Below, piece after piece: positions 45,517 to 57,700 of a stretch of DNA of 64,000 bases. The stretch's first letter is position 1, and every line of letters starts with the position of its first letter. Both the position numbers and the translations under genes were made by a program. The stretch spans positions 1,472 through 65,471 of the IMG/VR virus record IMGVR_UViG_3300047445_000242. One strand, written 5' to 3'. Source of the DNA: a virus (taxonomy: Duplodnaviria; Caudoviricetes). The notes beneath the pieces were generated by a model. The model saw only the letters and a program-made list of their open reading frames with translations. It did no database searches and was not told the origin of the DNA.

Positions 45517-47124
45517 CTACCTGGCGCGCCAGGACCCGAGCGCGGAGGGGCGCCCTGGCTTGATCTGCGATCGGATGTGATACGCCTGGCCCCACTGGCG
45601 CAGCGAGTCGGCTGCTTCGCTGTGCTCGTCGTGGCGTGGCTTGTTGCGCCAGGTGCCGGCCTTCTCGTCCCATTCCTTGCGGTAGAGGCCGAGGTGGACT
45701 AGGCCCTTTTTGCAGCCCACCTCGTTGAACGTGGCCATGCTCAACTTCTGGCGGGTCATCTGGATGCCGGTGTTCACGTCCTCGACGCGATCGACCACCG
45801 TCCACGAGCCGCCCAGGCCCATGGTGGTGAGCGTGTCGATCGGGGCGATCACGTCCGTGGCCTGCTGGCGCTTGTGGCCAGCGTCGTGCGGCACGTAGTG
45901 CGTGGCCCAGGTGTAGCCGCGCGACTGGAGGATGGTGATGAAGAAGCCGTAGCTCTCGCCCCAGCCCTCGATGTACTCGATGAAGCGGCACTCGCCGCGG
46001 ATGTCCTGCATGAGCCAGACACCGGTCCCGTCGCTCGCGCCGATGTCCCAGAACGTGTACACCGGGAACCCCTCGATGTAGGGGTAGAAGCCGACCCGCT
46101 TGCTCTTGCGAATGGCCGTCAGCTGCTTGGCGTAGTAGGTGCCGTCCGTGCTGACCTGGAAGGCCTCCTCGGGCGTCGATGGGTACTCCTGCCACATGAG
46201 CTCCTCGTCGCCGCTGTAGTCGCTCTTGCGCGTGCTGACGTACCAGGCGCGCTGTTGCAGCGTGAGCACCTTGCCGATGACGGCCTCGATCTTGTGGAAG
46301 TATTCCTCGTCGTCCTTGGTGATGACCACCTTGGCGTCGAGCACGTAGCCGGGCTCCTCGTGCCAGGGGAAGAAGTGGAAGCGGTGGTCGCGGACGGTGA
46401 GCTTGTGGCCACTCTCGGCGGTCTCCATGGAGTCGGTGACCAGCTTGTAAAAGCGGCCCTCCTGCCCCTCGGCTGTGCTCTCCACGATGATGATCCCGTC
46501 GATCGGCACAGCAGTGAACGAGCCGGTCGCGATTTCCTTGGCCTTGTGCGGGAACTTGGCGCCGATCTTCCCCATTTCGCTGACGTGCAGCCGGTGCGGC
46601 GTGCCACCGCGGGCGCTGGTCGAGACCTTCACCGTGCTGTTGTTGGCGAACATGATTTCGTCAGCGGTGCGGCTGACGACAGGCTTCAACAGGCGGACGT
46701 GCAAGGGCAGGCGGTCATAAGCCAGCAGCACCTTGTCGCGGAAGATTTCGCCGGCCTTGTCCAGGTCCTGCGCCACGATGACGCAGCGCTGGTTCTCGTT
46801 GAACAGGGCGTGATCGAGCCAGAGGATGGCCACCAGGGTGGTGAAGCCCAGCTGGCGGGCCTTGAGGATGACGTTGCGATACCAGAGCCTGGCCAGGAAG
46901 CGACGCTGCGCCCGGTTGGGCTTGAACGGCACGATCGTCTCGCCCTCGTCGTTCGCGCTCTTGGTCATCACCTGGTACAGCTGGCCAGAGTGGATGCGCC
47001 ACTGTGCATCGGCCAGCGCGATCTTCCACTCCTCGGGCGTCTGCGGCTCGAACGTGTACGCCACTGGCTCGCCAGGCAGCAGCCGGCAGGCGGGGAACTC
47101 GAACTCGCGGAGGGCTGCGCTCAT
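45517..47124 (-). CDS. terL: Terminase large subunit
   Basis: LKARQLGFTT Walker A, LHVSE Walker B, ESTAEG, QEYP, WDIG.SD, PHD and HSEAADSLR nuclease motifs. Confidence 0.95.
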   Translation of the reverse strand: MSAALREFEFPACRLLPGEPVAYTFEPQTPEEWKIALADAQWRIHSGQLYQVMTKSANDEGETIVPFKPNRAQRRFLARLWYRNVILKARQLGFTTLVAILWLDHALFNENQRCVIVAQDLDKAGEIFRDKVLLAYDRLPLHVRLLKPVVSRTADEIMFANNSTVKVSTSARGGTPHRLHVSEMGKIGAKFPHKAKEIATGSFTAVPIDGIIIVESTAEGQEGRFYKLVTDSMETAESGHKLTVRDHRFHFFPWHEEPGYVLDAKVVITKDDEEYFHKIEAVIGKVLTLQQRAWYVSTRKSDYSGDEELMWQEYPSTPEEAFQVSTDGTYYAKQLTAIRKSKRVGFYPYIEGFPVYTFWDIGASDGTGVWLMQDIRGECRFIEYIEGWGESYGFFITILQSRGYTWATHYVPHDAGHKRQQATDVIAPIDTLTTMGLGGSWTVVDRVEDVNTGIQMTRQKLSMATFNEVGCKKGLVHLGLYRKEWDEKAGTWRNKPRHDEHSEAADSLRQWGQAYHIRSQIKPGRPSALGSWRAR

Positions 47125-48197
47125 TCCGGCGGGTCCTCCACTGGCTTGAGGGCCGATCGCTTGGTGGCGCCGCCCATGAGGCTCTCCAGGAGCTCGGCCA
47201 GGCCTGCGCCCTTGTCCTTCTCGTAGAAGCCAATGTGCTTGGCGATCTTCTCCAGGGCGTCCATGCGGCTGAGCGACTTGAGCTCCAGGCCGTCGCGGCT
47301 CTGCTTCACGCCGTCATAAAGCAGGGCCGCGTCGCCATTGAGGAGCCGCGTGTCGCGCATGACAGCGCGGCCGTGCCCGCGGCCGAAGCACTCTGGGCAG
47401 TCAGGGTGCGGCGACTTGCGCTCATCGAAGCCGACGCCGCCCATCGCGTTGAACTCGCTCTGCTCGTAACCGTCGCGGTACCGATCAACCACCGGTGCCT
47501 CGGGCAGCTGCTGCCCGCCTGCCCTGCGCCGGCGCTTCTTTGCGGCTGCTGGCATCTGTGAGCCCCACCGCTCGTGATCGGCCAGGTCGCGGTCGTACTC
47601 CGCTTGAGTGCGTTGGTAGCGGTGGTCGAAGCCCCAGCAGTAGCGGCAGGCGCCCACGCGCCACTCACTGAGCTCGCGGGGGTCAGCCATGGCGATCGAG
47701 CGAAGGCGCGACAGGAGCCAGGTCGCGTCAACGTTCGCCCGGTCGGCGGCCAAATCGCGTCTGCGGGCCAATTCGGACGCGATCTTGTCGTTCCTAAGCA
47801 TCCGACATCCGCCCGTGGCTGCAGCCTCTACGGTGATGCTCGGGTCCAGGTCCAGGTATGCGCGGGTCTGGTTCCCGTGCCTGACCATGCCGTCAATGAA
47901 TGCTGACTCACGGATGGTGAGCTCGGGTGCTGCGGGCGGCTGCTTGGTCGCCTTGGGCTTCTTGGCCTGGTCAGGTGCTGGTCCGGATGGCTTGGCGACA
48001 CTCCATGCCTTGAGGGCGGGCGCCGGTCCAGCGGGTTTCTGTGACTTTTTGCGCACTGGCGTTACGGCGGGCTTCGAGGCGGGCTTAGGCTTACCAGGCG
48101 TTGCAGTTAATGCCTTTGTTTTAGTTTTCGCCGGAGAGACACTGCTCCTAGCCCGCGTGGTGGTGGGCTTTCGGTCGGTGCGGTCGGTCTTGCTCAT
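47121..48197 (-). CDS. terS: Terminase small subunit with Zn-ribbon insert
   Basis: FIDG...NQTRAY...AA..GCRML, ADPREL, CRYCWG...PHPDCPECFG.G. Coupled to terL. Confidence 0.85.
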   Translation of the reverse strand: MSKTDRTDRKPTTTRARSSVSPAKTKTKALTATPGKPKPASKPAVTPVRKKSQKPAGPAPALKAWSVAKPSGPAPDQAKKPKATKQPPAAPELTIRESAFIDGMVRHGNQTRAYLDLDPSITVEAAATGGCRMLRNDKIASELARRRDLAADRANVDATWLLSRLRSIAMADPRELSEWRVGACRYCWGFDHRYQRTQAEYDRDLADHERWGSQMPAAAKKRRRRAGGQQLPEAPVVDRYRDGYEQSEFNAMGGVGFDERKSPHPDCPECFGRGHGRAVMRDTRLLNGDAALLYDGVKQSRDGLELKSLSRMDALEKIAKHIGFYEKDKGAGLAELLESLMGGATKRSALKPVEDPPE

Positions 48198-48220
48198 GTG
48201 GTGTGGGTCTCGGCCGATAC

Positions 48221-48278
48221 AAAAAAGCCCCCCTCCCCCAGCTTTGCCGCACGAGGCGCCTGGCTGGAGGAGGGGGCG
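48221..48278 (-). terminator. Terminator-like hairpin immediately upstream of terS
   Basis: Minus strand GCCCCCTCCTCCAGC...GCTGGGGGAGGGGGC followed by TTTTTT. Confidence 0.65.
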
Positions 48279-48432
48279 AATCTCTTGCACGTAAAGACCT
48301 CGGGCCGTCCGAGGTGAAACCGCGCAGGAGAGGAGACACGCTGCGGGGTTCCGGACCGCAGCGCGCTCCGATTAAAACGCATCACTGAATGTTACGGAGC
48401 GGGGTGACCCCGATGTGAGTGGGTGCCAACGC

Positions 48433-48471
48433 AAAAGGCCGCCAGGTTCAACGCCTGGCGGCCTTTCTTTT
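48433..48471. terminator. Bidirectional terminator
   Basis: AAAAGGCCGCCAGG-TTCAACG-CCTGGCGGCCTTTCTTTT. Confidence 0.85.
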
Positions 48472-48500
48472 GTCCGGCGTAGCGTGCCGATCGCTGCAGT

Positions 48501-48776
48501 TCAGTGCATCAGGCGCCCGTCGATCGCGGTGGCCAGCGTGGCCTTGCGCAGGGCGTCTCCGCCCTCCCTGGTGAGCCTGTAGCACCAGGTCGGGCCCTGC
48601 GGCGTGGCCTGCTCGATCTTCTGCGTCACGAGGCCGGCCCGGATGAGCCTGTGCATGCGGTTGTAGAAGGTCGGCGGCCAGTGGCCTACCTGCTTGCGGA
48701 GCTCGCGTGCCTTGGCCCAGGTGGGGGCGTCGGCGAGGGCCAGGAGGATGTCGATGTGCTTGCGGGTGAGTCGCAT
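48501..48776 (-). CDS. Winged-helix (PadR/MarR-like) regulator
   Basis: ILLAL...ARELR...TFYNRMHRLIRAGLV...YRLTREG. Confidence 0.75.
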   Translation of the reverse strand: MRLTRKHIDILLALADAPTWAKARELRKQVGHWPPTFYNRMHRLIRAGLVTQKIEQATPQGPTWCYRLTREGGDALRKATLATAIDGRLMH

Positions 48777-48820
48777 AAGTGGGTCTCGAGACTTTTGTAG
48801 GAATAGGACTACAGAAAATG

Positions 48821-48864
48821 AAGGGGGCTTCAAGGCCCCTTCAAGGGGGGTTCAAGTCCCCTTC
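48821..48864. repeat. 4 x 11-bp iteron-like tandem array
   Basis: AAGGGGGCTTC AAGGCCCCTTC AAGGGGGGTTC AAGTCCCCTTC. Confidence 0.8.
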
Positions 48865-49055
48865 GATTGGCGTAGGAGAGCCCAGGTGTCCTGGATCATG
48901 GCGATGGTCAGTCCCATCGAGCCGCCGAGGACGATGCAGGGCAGGATGTAGGCGTCGGTGTCCTTCTTCCAGGCGGCCCAGGTCATCAATGCGACGCCGG
49001 CGAACTCCAGGAGCAAAAGGAGGATGAGGAGGGTGAGTGCGATCAGTTTGAGCAT
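48852..49055 (-). CDS. Small two-TM membrane protein
   Basis: MLKLIALTLLILLLLLEFAGVAL..., two hydrophobic helices. Confidence 0.55.
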   Translation of the reverse strand: MLKLIALTLLILLLLLEFAGVALMTWAAWKKDTDAYILPCIVLGGSMGLTIAMIQDTWALLRQSKGT

Positions 49056-50577
49056 GGTGGTCTCTGGTGGATGGTGGGTTTGGTGGTGTCGAGCTTCCAG
49101 CTGTTCACCAGGTCGTCGCGGTAGCGGTGATGCCAGTTGAAGGCCACCGCCACGCCGATCGCTCGGGTGCCGTTGGCCAGGAGGCACTCGACGCGCTGGT
49201 GGCCCAGCACAGGGCACGGGCCAGGGCTCCAGTGCTTGAAGCCGAAGGGGTCGAGGTCGAGCATCAATCCTCCCTCGATGGCGGCTTGAGGCCGTACTGG
49301 CAGTGCCGCACGCAGTCGCGGTGCCCTGGCCCTCCAGGCTCGCCGTGATCGTGGTTGCCGGTGGTCAGGTCCACGTAGACCGATTGCGAGCATCCGTCCC
49401 AGCCGATCGGGCACGGGCGTCCGCCCTCGAAGCGCCACAGCGCGCCGTGCATGGCCACGGTCTCCTCGTCGCCGGCGAGCGCGATCGCGCCGGTGATGAG
49501 CTCGTCGAGCTCGCGTGTCATCGCAGCTGCGCCAGGAGGCGCTCGTAGAGGTCGGGATGCACGTACAGGATGCCCGGCACGCGGAATGCGCTGGGCTCCT
49601 GGTAACGCTCGACAGACCAGCGCCGGCGCCGCTTCGGCGTCGGGTGCCGCGCGACTCGCCAGCGCGTGATCGTGGCCAGCGGGTGCGACACGATCTGCAT
49701 GCCGTTGAAGAACTCGGCCTTCACAGAAGCCGCTCCTGGCCCCTGGCCTCCAGTGCCTCGGGGCTGTCGCGGTGGTAGCGCAGCACGGCGCGCCTGGTGG
49801 CCGCGCGAGCGGTCGTGAGAACGCGCTGCGCGATGTCGGCCTCCTTGCGCAGCTGGTTGAACGCCGCTCGGTCTTCGGGCTCGGCGCCCTCGTCGTCGTA
49901 GGGCTCCTCGACGTTGCTGCGGTAGACCTTCAACCAGGTGCGCAGCGCAGAGCGCGCATCGTTGCGCTCGCGCCATGCCGCATGCTCCTTGATGGCGAGC
50001 TTGCCGATGATGGTGGCATTCGTCATGAGCGAGCCCTCTGAATCACCACGGCGCGCCCTTTGTCCCCGATCTGCAGGTTCAAGCTCGCAGAGGGCATGTG
50101 CGGCTCGTGGTCGTACATCGCGCGCCAGGACTGGCCATCGCCAATGTTCCAGAGGTGCACGGCAACGAAGGAATGCCCATCCGGATGAGCGAGGCGATCG
50201 CCGTGATAGATGACCTGGCCAGCGAAGTCAGTCCAGGGCGCGGGCTCGAAGCCCTTGGACTTGCGGAGCGCGTTGATCGCTGGCACGCATGCCGTGATGA
50301 GGTCGGTGCCGGCGACAAGTTCCAGGGCCGCGCCGATCGCGTGCAGCGCCTCGCCTCGCCTGGCACCCTGCAGCGCGCGGTCGTGGTGCGATGCACGCGG
50401 CTTGCGCTCCTTGTCGTCGCTGAAAACGAACGTGGCGAAGAACTCGTCGAGCGCCTTCATGTCGCCGTTATCAGTGCGATCGCGGAGCTCCTTGAGGTTC
50501 TCGATCAGGGTCTCCAGTGCGAACTTGATGGTCCCCTCGTCGCCGCTGCGCGCGGCGTGCTCGATGTTCATTCTCAC
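49043..50577 (-). other. Run of five coupled small hypothetical genes (49043-49264, 49264-49521, 49518-49724, 49721-50026, 50023-50577)
   Basis: Start/stop overlaps (ATGA, GTGA, TGATG) chain the ORFs. Confidence 0.6.
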
Positions 50578-50792
50578 GATCCAACCCTCGGTTGCTTCAC
50601 ACGCTTGGCCAGCATGGCCGCGGCCTTGATGGTGAACAGTTCCCACGCGGCCGCGTTCATCTTGCGGGTCGCGCGCTCCCACTGTCCCCACGCGATCGCG
50701 GAACAGTGCACCAGGTCGGCCGCGGCGGCCTGGCTGATGCCCAGGCGCGTGCGGAGCTCGAAGATTTCTTCGGGCGTTGGAATGGTGGCCAT
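50574..50792 (-). CDS. XRE-family HTH protein
   Basis: TPEEIFELRTRLGISQAAAADLV...WGQWE..TRKM..AAWELF. Confidence 0.8.
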   Translation of the reverse strand: MATIPTPEEIFELRTRLGISQAAAADLVHCSAIAWGQWERATRKMNAAAWELFTIKAAAMLAKRVKQPRVGS

Positions 50793-53700
50793 CAATGCAG
50801 CCCTCCGCCTGGTGCGAGGTCGGCCTTCGCCTTCATGCCGTCCTGGTAGCCCTTGAGGAGGGACGGCAGGCGCTCGCCGATGGTGTTCTCGGTCGTCACC
50901 TCCAGGCTGTGCGCCGCGAGCGTGAGGCCCACGCCGTACAGCAGCGAGAGGATGCTTTGCATGCGGTCGGTCCCATACGCCTTTTCGATCGCGAGCGTCA
51001 TCTGCCTGATGCCATCGGAGAACGCATAGGAGGCGAGCACGGGCACGGCCACGATTTCGGCCTCGCCTTCGATTGCAGGGTTGTCTTTCTTCATGGTGTT
51101 GTCCTTCGTGGTGGTGGATCAGCGGCGGCGCATGCGGTCGGGGCGGAAGCGCTGCAGCGTGTCGATGAACTCGCGCGCCAGCATGTCGGCGATGCGCGCG
51201 ATCGCCTCGGGGCGGTCGATCTGCGCCAGGCTCTCCAGGTTGACGCGGTACATGATCGCGCCCTGCTTCGTGGTGACGTAGGCGTGGGGCACGCTGTACA
51301 GCGCATCGCGGCCCAGGTGCTCCAGGCCGCCCTCGATCGCGTCCGCGGTCAGCGTCTCGTAGTGCTGCATGAGGTCCTGCATCGGGTCGTTGGCGACAGG
51401 GAAGAAGTCTTTGGCCCACGGTTGAGCGGCGCGCTGCACTTGCCATCCGGCCTCCACCATTTCCTTGAACGCCTTGCTGTCCACCACCTGGTCGATCGGC
51501 GGGAGCGCGATGCTGTCGCCCAGCACCTTGCGGCATGCGGCCATCTGCCGCTCGTGCACTGCGACTTTCGCGCGCATCTGGCGCGCGTCGGCCGCCTGGC
51601 GATCGCGGTCGATGCGCTGCAGGCGCACCAGGTCATTCAGCTGCGCAATCTCGTTCTCTGCGCCAGCCATGGCCTCACGCGCTTTGCGGCGCTGGTTGCG
51701 CCCGAATCTCTTGCTCATGTTGATCCCCAGATTAAAAGTGAGACGAGGATGACGGCGCCGACGATGCCGACCACCAGCGCCGACACGAGAGAGGCCATCA
51801 CCTCGGCGGGCGTATCGGGCACGCCGAAGGGCAGCACGTTGCGCCAGTTCATAGCCCGTTGCCTTCCTTGATTTCGACGCCGGGACATCCGACGCCGTAG
51901 TTAAAGCCAGGGCAACCACGCGGGCACGGGTTGCCGCACTCGTTCGACATCGGCAACACCTTGCGGCCCTTGGCCTGTTCGATCGCAAGGTTCGCGTAGG
52001 CGGCCGAGTTGCTGAGCGTGCCGTTGCTGTCGGTGAAGTCGCTGGGCCCGGTGGGCCTGGTCTTCACGGCGTGCTCCATGTTGCGCATTGCGCCGGCGAT
52101 GCTGATGCACATGCCGTATCGCCTGCCAGCCATCACCGCTCCTCGGGCGGATCGCCCTGGCCATCGGGCCACGCGATCGCGCGCAGGCGTTGGTACTCCG
52201 CGAACACCTCGGGCTCGTTCTCCTGCCACATTGCATCGAGCTCGTCGCCTTCGATGATGGCGCCGATCGCGCCGCGCAGCATGTTCAGCGCCTGGCGCAG
52301 TGCACGGGCCTTCTCGGTCTTCTGGCGGATCAGCTGGTCGTCCTTGCCGGCCGCGTACTTCGGGAGGTCGAAGGCCTCGTTCGTGTACACCTCGCCGCGC
52401 ATTGCGATGACGGCGCGCTCACCGATCCAGCGCAACCGGCGCGTGTTGGTGCGGCTCGCGTCGGCCGCTTTCTTGATGTGGTCGAGCGCATCGACCAGCA
52501 GAGCGTTTTTGGCCTTGAGCGCGCCGATTTCGGCGGCCAGCCCTTCCTCGTGCGATTGCCCGAGGGATTGCATTGCTGTATTCATGCCGGTGCCTTGTCG
52601 TGGTCGAGGAAATCCGATGCGGGGTGCGCTTCGATCGCGCAAGCGCGGAACGGGCCGATGTCATCGACGCTGGCCAGGCTCTGCTCGACCATCACCTTGA
52701 AGCGCGCCGGCGAGCGGCAGACTTCGCAGCGAGGGCCGACCAGGCCGGAGGGCTTCGGGAGCTTCTTCGGCTTCCCGAGCGCGGGGTAGGTCTTGAGCGT
52801 CATTGCGTCGTGACCTTCACGGCGATCGTGCGGGTCGCGAGCTCGGCGTAGAACGCGATCGAGCCACTCGTTGCGCTCAAGCGCATGGCCAGCGCCGCCG
52901 GCACGGGCTTGCCCGAGTCGGTCGCGAGGTGCATCTGCAGCGCCTGCAGATCGGAGGCGGCCCGCACGAGAACGTCGAGCGGGATGGTCGGTGCTGGCGG
53001 TGGTGGTTTCTTGATAGGCATAGGCCCTCCTGGCCTGTAGCGGGACGGATCGCCCGAGCATGCAGCCGGCGGCCGCATGCGCTGGCGTCTCAGTGCTCGC
53101 AGTCGCGGTAGCGGCGGCCGAACGCATCACGGCCTCGTGAGTCGCCCGAGCCGGCGCAAGCCCAGCAAAAGCTCGAGTCGGTCTGTCCGAGGCCCGTGCC
53201 GCGGCAGGTATCGCAGTAGGGCTCGGGCTCGATGTCGGCGGCGCCTTGCTTCAGCCACTCGCCGAAGCTCACGCCGTTGTCGCGTGCGTTGCTCCCGAGC
53301 CAGTCGCTGTACTTGCGCTGGCTCGCGGCCTGGCGCTTGGTGGTCGCGGTGGTCATTCGGTTTCGCGCTCGTAGCGGCCAGCCAGGTACACGCTGTATTC
53401 GCTCATCTGGCTCGCCAGCGTCTCGCGGCCGTCGATGCCCTTGCCCTGCCGCGTGATGCTCGCGCTCTCGTCGTTGCAGTCGTTGCACGAGCGGGTGAAC
53501 TTGTTGAGCGCCGTGGTCGCAGCCTCCAGCTTCTTGGCGCAGTCCAGGGCGGCCTTGCGGCGCGCGGCGTGTAGTTGTGCGGTGGTCTTCATTTCTTTCC
53601 TTTCGGGATGGCGAGCGCCAGGTGGCGCAGGTTCACGGCGTTGGCTTTCCAGTAGGCGGCCATCGGTGCCTTGTGCTTGGCCCAGGCCTCGTTCCCGCGA

Positions 53701-56700
53701 TGGCGGCACTCCTTGCTGATGGCCATCAACGCGGCGCGCGTGGCCATGCGCGCGTCGAGCGGCAGTGCGGCCAGGGCTTGCACCTCGGGCAGCGCGATCA
53801 TCGGATTGCGCACCTCGGCGCGGCTGCTTCGTTCCTTGCTCACAGCTTCTGCCTCCGGTGGAAAAACTCCTCGAAGGCGCGATACCGGTCCTCCCCAGGA
53901 CACCAGCCGAAGTACAGCGCGGCGTCCGGGTTGATCGCATAGATTTGCTCGCGCAGCTGGCGCACGGCGTCATGGTTGCCGAGGCGGCGCATTTCGTTGA
54001 TGCGCTCGTTCACCGGCTGGCCCGTGACCTTGGCCCACTCCTCGAAGTTGTCGCGGCCCTTGCAGATCGCCAGGAGCTCGCGCTGGAGGTCATCGACGGT
54101 TGGCTTGTTCATGGCTTGACCTTCGGGGCGAGGGTGAAGCGCAAGTCGGTGCGCCTGAACATTTCGTTCGCGTAGAACTCGCAGCAGCGCAGCGTGCAGA
54201 AGTTGCCGTAGGCCCTGTACGTGCCGAGCCACTCCGGCGGGCGCGGGTCCTTCGGGCGAAGGTCGTTCGCGGAGTAGCGCCGGCGCGCAGCCATGCGAGG
54301 CGTGAGCGGCTTGCTGCAGCCGGGGCACTTTGGCCGCTCCTTGACGGGTGGCGCGGCGCTCACGATGCCCTCCCGTTGGATTTGCCATCCATGCGGTTCT
54401 TCACGATGGCCGCGGCCACGAAGATGGCCACGCCGACCAGCAGCAGGGGGGAGGCGAGCACGATGAAAAAAGGCTTCACGATGCGTCCTTGTTGGTAGCC
54501 GCCTCGATGCGCGCGGCGTGCTCGTCGAGCGCGCGAATCAAGCGCTCCACGGTGTCGTTGATCTGGTTCGCGGCGCGCAGCATTTCATCGGCGGCCTGGC
54601 TCATGTTCTGGCCGGCGCGTCTGACATCCTCTGCGCCCACGAGCGTGACGTAATCGCCCATTACTAGGCCCTCCTGGTGGTGTTGATGGCAGCGCATCGC
54701 TCGCGCTCACGGCGCGCGGCCTTATGGGCCGCGTCGAATGTCTCGCGCACCATGCGGCGAACGAACGGCATGCCGCGTTGAGCGATCAGCGCCTGGGAAA
54801 CGAAAATGCCCCCGGTCGGCGAGCCTTCGCAGAAAACGCCCACGCGGACCATGTTGGCCTGCGGTGCGTCGATCACGATGCGCTCCCGGTGGCCTTGGCG
54901 ATGGCGGCGAAGCTCTGCACTACCAGAGACAGGCGACGGTCGGCGGTGTAGCGGCCGAAGGCCTTGTTGTGCATCAATCCCATCCAGTGGCCGGCGTGCC
55001 GTACTTGGTAGCCGTCGCGGTGCTTACGGGTTTCGTGGCCCTGTGCCTCGCAAAAGGTGATGAACGCCGTCACGTGTTCGATAGCGATCCATGGGCCTTC
55101 GCTTGCCGCGCGCGTCTTGTTGTCGGGCATCGTCCATTTCCGACGCCCCGGCGTGTGCTGCGCGCTCACGACAGACCTCCAGAGGCATTGACGTAGGCAG
55201 CGTTCATTCGCTCGTGATGCTCGACCAGGCGCTCCCTGGCCCACGAGCCGGCAGGCAGTCGCTCGGCGATGGCCAGGAGGCTATCGTCGTCGTGGTTCTG
55301 TTCATCGAGGCGCGTCCCGAGGGCGGCCTGCTCGACTGCGAGCGCCAGATCACTGGCAGCAGCCAGGAGTCGAGCCAGCGCCTCGCACTCCGGGCTCCGC
55401 TCGTCGTCCTCCATGCGCCACACGATCAGGGCCGCGCCGGCGTGCTCGCCAGCAACGAGCTCGACCCACTCGCCGGCGCCCTCCCAGGTCTTGAGCTCGG
55501 TGCCCAGGATGCGATCGCCGAGCGTCAGCTTCGGCGCGTTCATGCCGCATCCCCGAGGGCTTCGGTCGCGCGCTGGTCCCAGTCCTTGGCCAAGTGGCGC
55601 GAGCTCGATGCGCGGATGATCTTGCGGGCCTCCTTCACGAGCTCGATCAGGTCGCGAGCCATGCCGATCGCGTCGAGGAGCTCGTTCTCGGCCATGTTGT
55701 CGGGCGCCAGGTGGCGGCGATCAGCCAGCGCGGTGCGCAGGATGTCGGCCAGGCCCTGGCGCTTGGGCTTCGGCGCGCTGACGCACTTCCACACGTAGAG
55801 GCCGGCGTCCTTGCGTCGCGCCCACACGGCGTGATCGCTTTCGGCGAGCTCGGCCGTGCGCTTTGCGCTCAATGCGCTCGGTCGGAACGTCGAGCGCTCC
55901 GGGTTGAAGGTGAAGACGCGAGGGCCGCCGGCCTGGAAGGCCCGCTCGCACTCCGCCGCGATTTGGTCGTTGGTCATTCAATGCTCCATTCCGGCGGCAC
56001 GGTGCCGCGCATCTGGTAGACGGTCTCGCCGCGGACCTTGGGCACGGCCAGCACGAGCAGGCCGTTCATCGCGTTGAGGTGCGCCATGGGGTTGGGGGAC
56101 GGCGCTACAGGCGCGGGCGCCGGGTCGGCCTCGCGTTTGACTGGATCGCCGAGCCCGGTGAAGTCGGGTTTGTTCATCAGATGGCCTTGATGCTGGTGAA
56201 GACCACGCCAACCACGATCGCAGCGCCAAGCGTGATCGCGCCGATGAAGAAGGCGACTTCGAGGGTCTGGAGGATGCGGGTTGCCATATGGTCTCCTGGT
56301 GAAGTGCGGGATTGCACTGGCCAGGGCCGACTCGCGGCCCTGGACGGTGGAATCAGACTCGGCGAACGATGTCGTTTTTGCTCTCGGTGCCGAAGTACAG
56401 GCGGCCGCTCTTGTGCCAGCTGTCTTGCACCTGGTTCGGGTAGACGCCGACGCATGCGAAGTCGTGATGCGCCGAGGCCTTCTCGATCGTGACCACCTCG
56501 CCGGCGCGCGTGAGGTAGTGACCGGGGCCGTCGATGACCACCGGCTGCACCACGAGAGACCACATCCAGCCAGCCGGGTTCACGCGGCCACCTTCGAGGC
56601 CTTCGCCTTCTTCTCGACCGGCACGCACTCGACCACGCGGACCTTGCCGTGATATTTGCTGTGCTCGCCGATCTTGGTCGAGGCGTTCTTCAGGCTCATG

Positions 56701-57523
56701 GACCACTGCAGGACCACCACCGGGCCGAGGGGTCCTTCGCCGTATTCCTTGTCAATGCGGGCCAGGCGGCCGGCCTTCAGCTTTGCCACGTAGGCATCGA
56801 GGTCAGGGTTCGCGGCCATGAACGCGACGTGCTCGCCGTGCGCCTTCTCGTCCATGGGGTAGGACCAGGGGCGGGCGCTGCCCGTGACGTGGATCAGGTC
56901 GCCGGGCTTCATCGCGGCGCTCTCCTTGTGCCACGTCCAATTTTTGGTGTCGCCCTTGATCCAACCCTTGTCTTGAGCGCCTTCGCGCGCCAGGGTCAGG
57001 TTGTATTGGCCGACCACCGCGTGGGTGTAGGGGCGCTCGCTGGTGCGCTTCGAGCCGGCGACTTCGGGGACGGTGTAGGTGGTCTTCATTGGGCTTCCTT
57101 GGTTGAGTGCGGATTGCACTGGCAAAGCTCCTGGCCTTGCCGGTGGAATCAGAAGGGGATGTCGTCCACGCCGGCGTCGGCGCAGTGCATGGCCAGCACG
57201 GTCGCGAGGCGGTCGTGCTTGAGGCTCTGGGCGATTTCCCACAGGCCCGTGAACAGGCGATGCCCTGGAACCTGCTCGGCGGCCACTTCCTCGTCGCTGA
57301 TTTCTTCCCACTCGCTGACGGGCATGCGGAAAAAGATGCCCAGGCGCTTCGGCGCGAACTTCTCGGCCTGGTCAGCCAGCGCGCGATCGTAGGCGTCAGC
57401 CACTGCAGCTTCGACCACGCCCGCATCGCAGCAGAAATAGCAGGTGTACGCCTTGCCTTCTTCGTCGTAGTCGGGGAAGCCGCCACATTGGGGGCAGGGC
57501 GCTTTTGCGGTGTTGAGGTGCAT
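50792..57523 (-). other. Dense array of about 24 small hypothetical genes (e.g. 50792-51094, 51119-51718, 51849-52133, 52133-52585, 53090-53356, 53353-53592, 53589-53843, 53840-54112, 54109-54363, 55166-55543, 55540-55977, 56580-57089, 57149-57523)
   Basis: Translationally coupled minus-strand ORFs, several with CxxC pairs. No family recognised. Confidence 0.6.
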
Positions 57524-57551
57524 CTGAATCTCCTGGGTGCGGCGTCGCGGT

Positions 57552-57567
57552 GTGCCACGCACGGCAC
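57552..57567. promoter_or_regulatory. Operator-like palindrome
   Basis: GTGCCACGCACGGCAC, adjacent to a minus-strand TTGCAC..CATAAT promoter-like pair. Confidence 0.6.
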
Positions 57568-57700
57568 AATTATGATGCCATTCAATGAATGCGTGCAAGC
57601 AGTTTCTTCACCAGGCCGCCCAGCGCGGCCGTGAGCACCAGTGAGACCAGGAGCACGGCCGCCACGCCGTACCAGGCTGCATCGAGCTCGGCCGGGTCCA

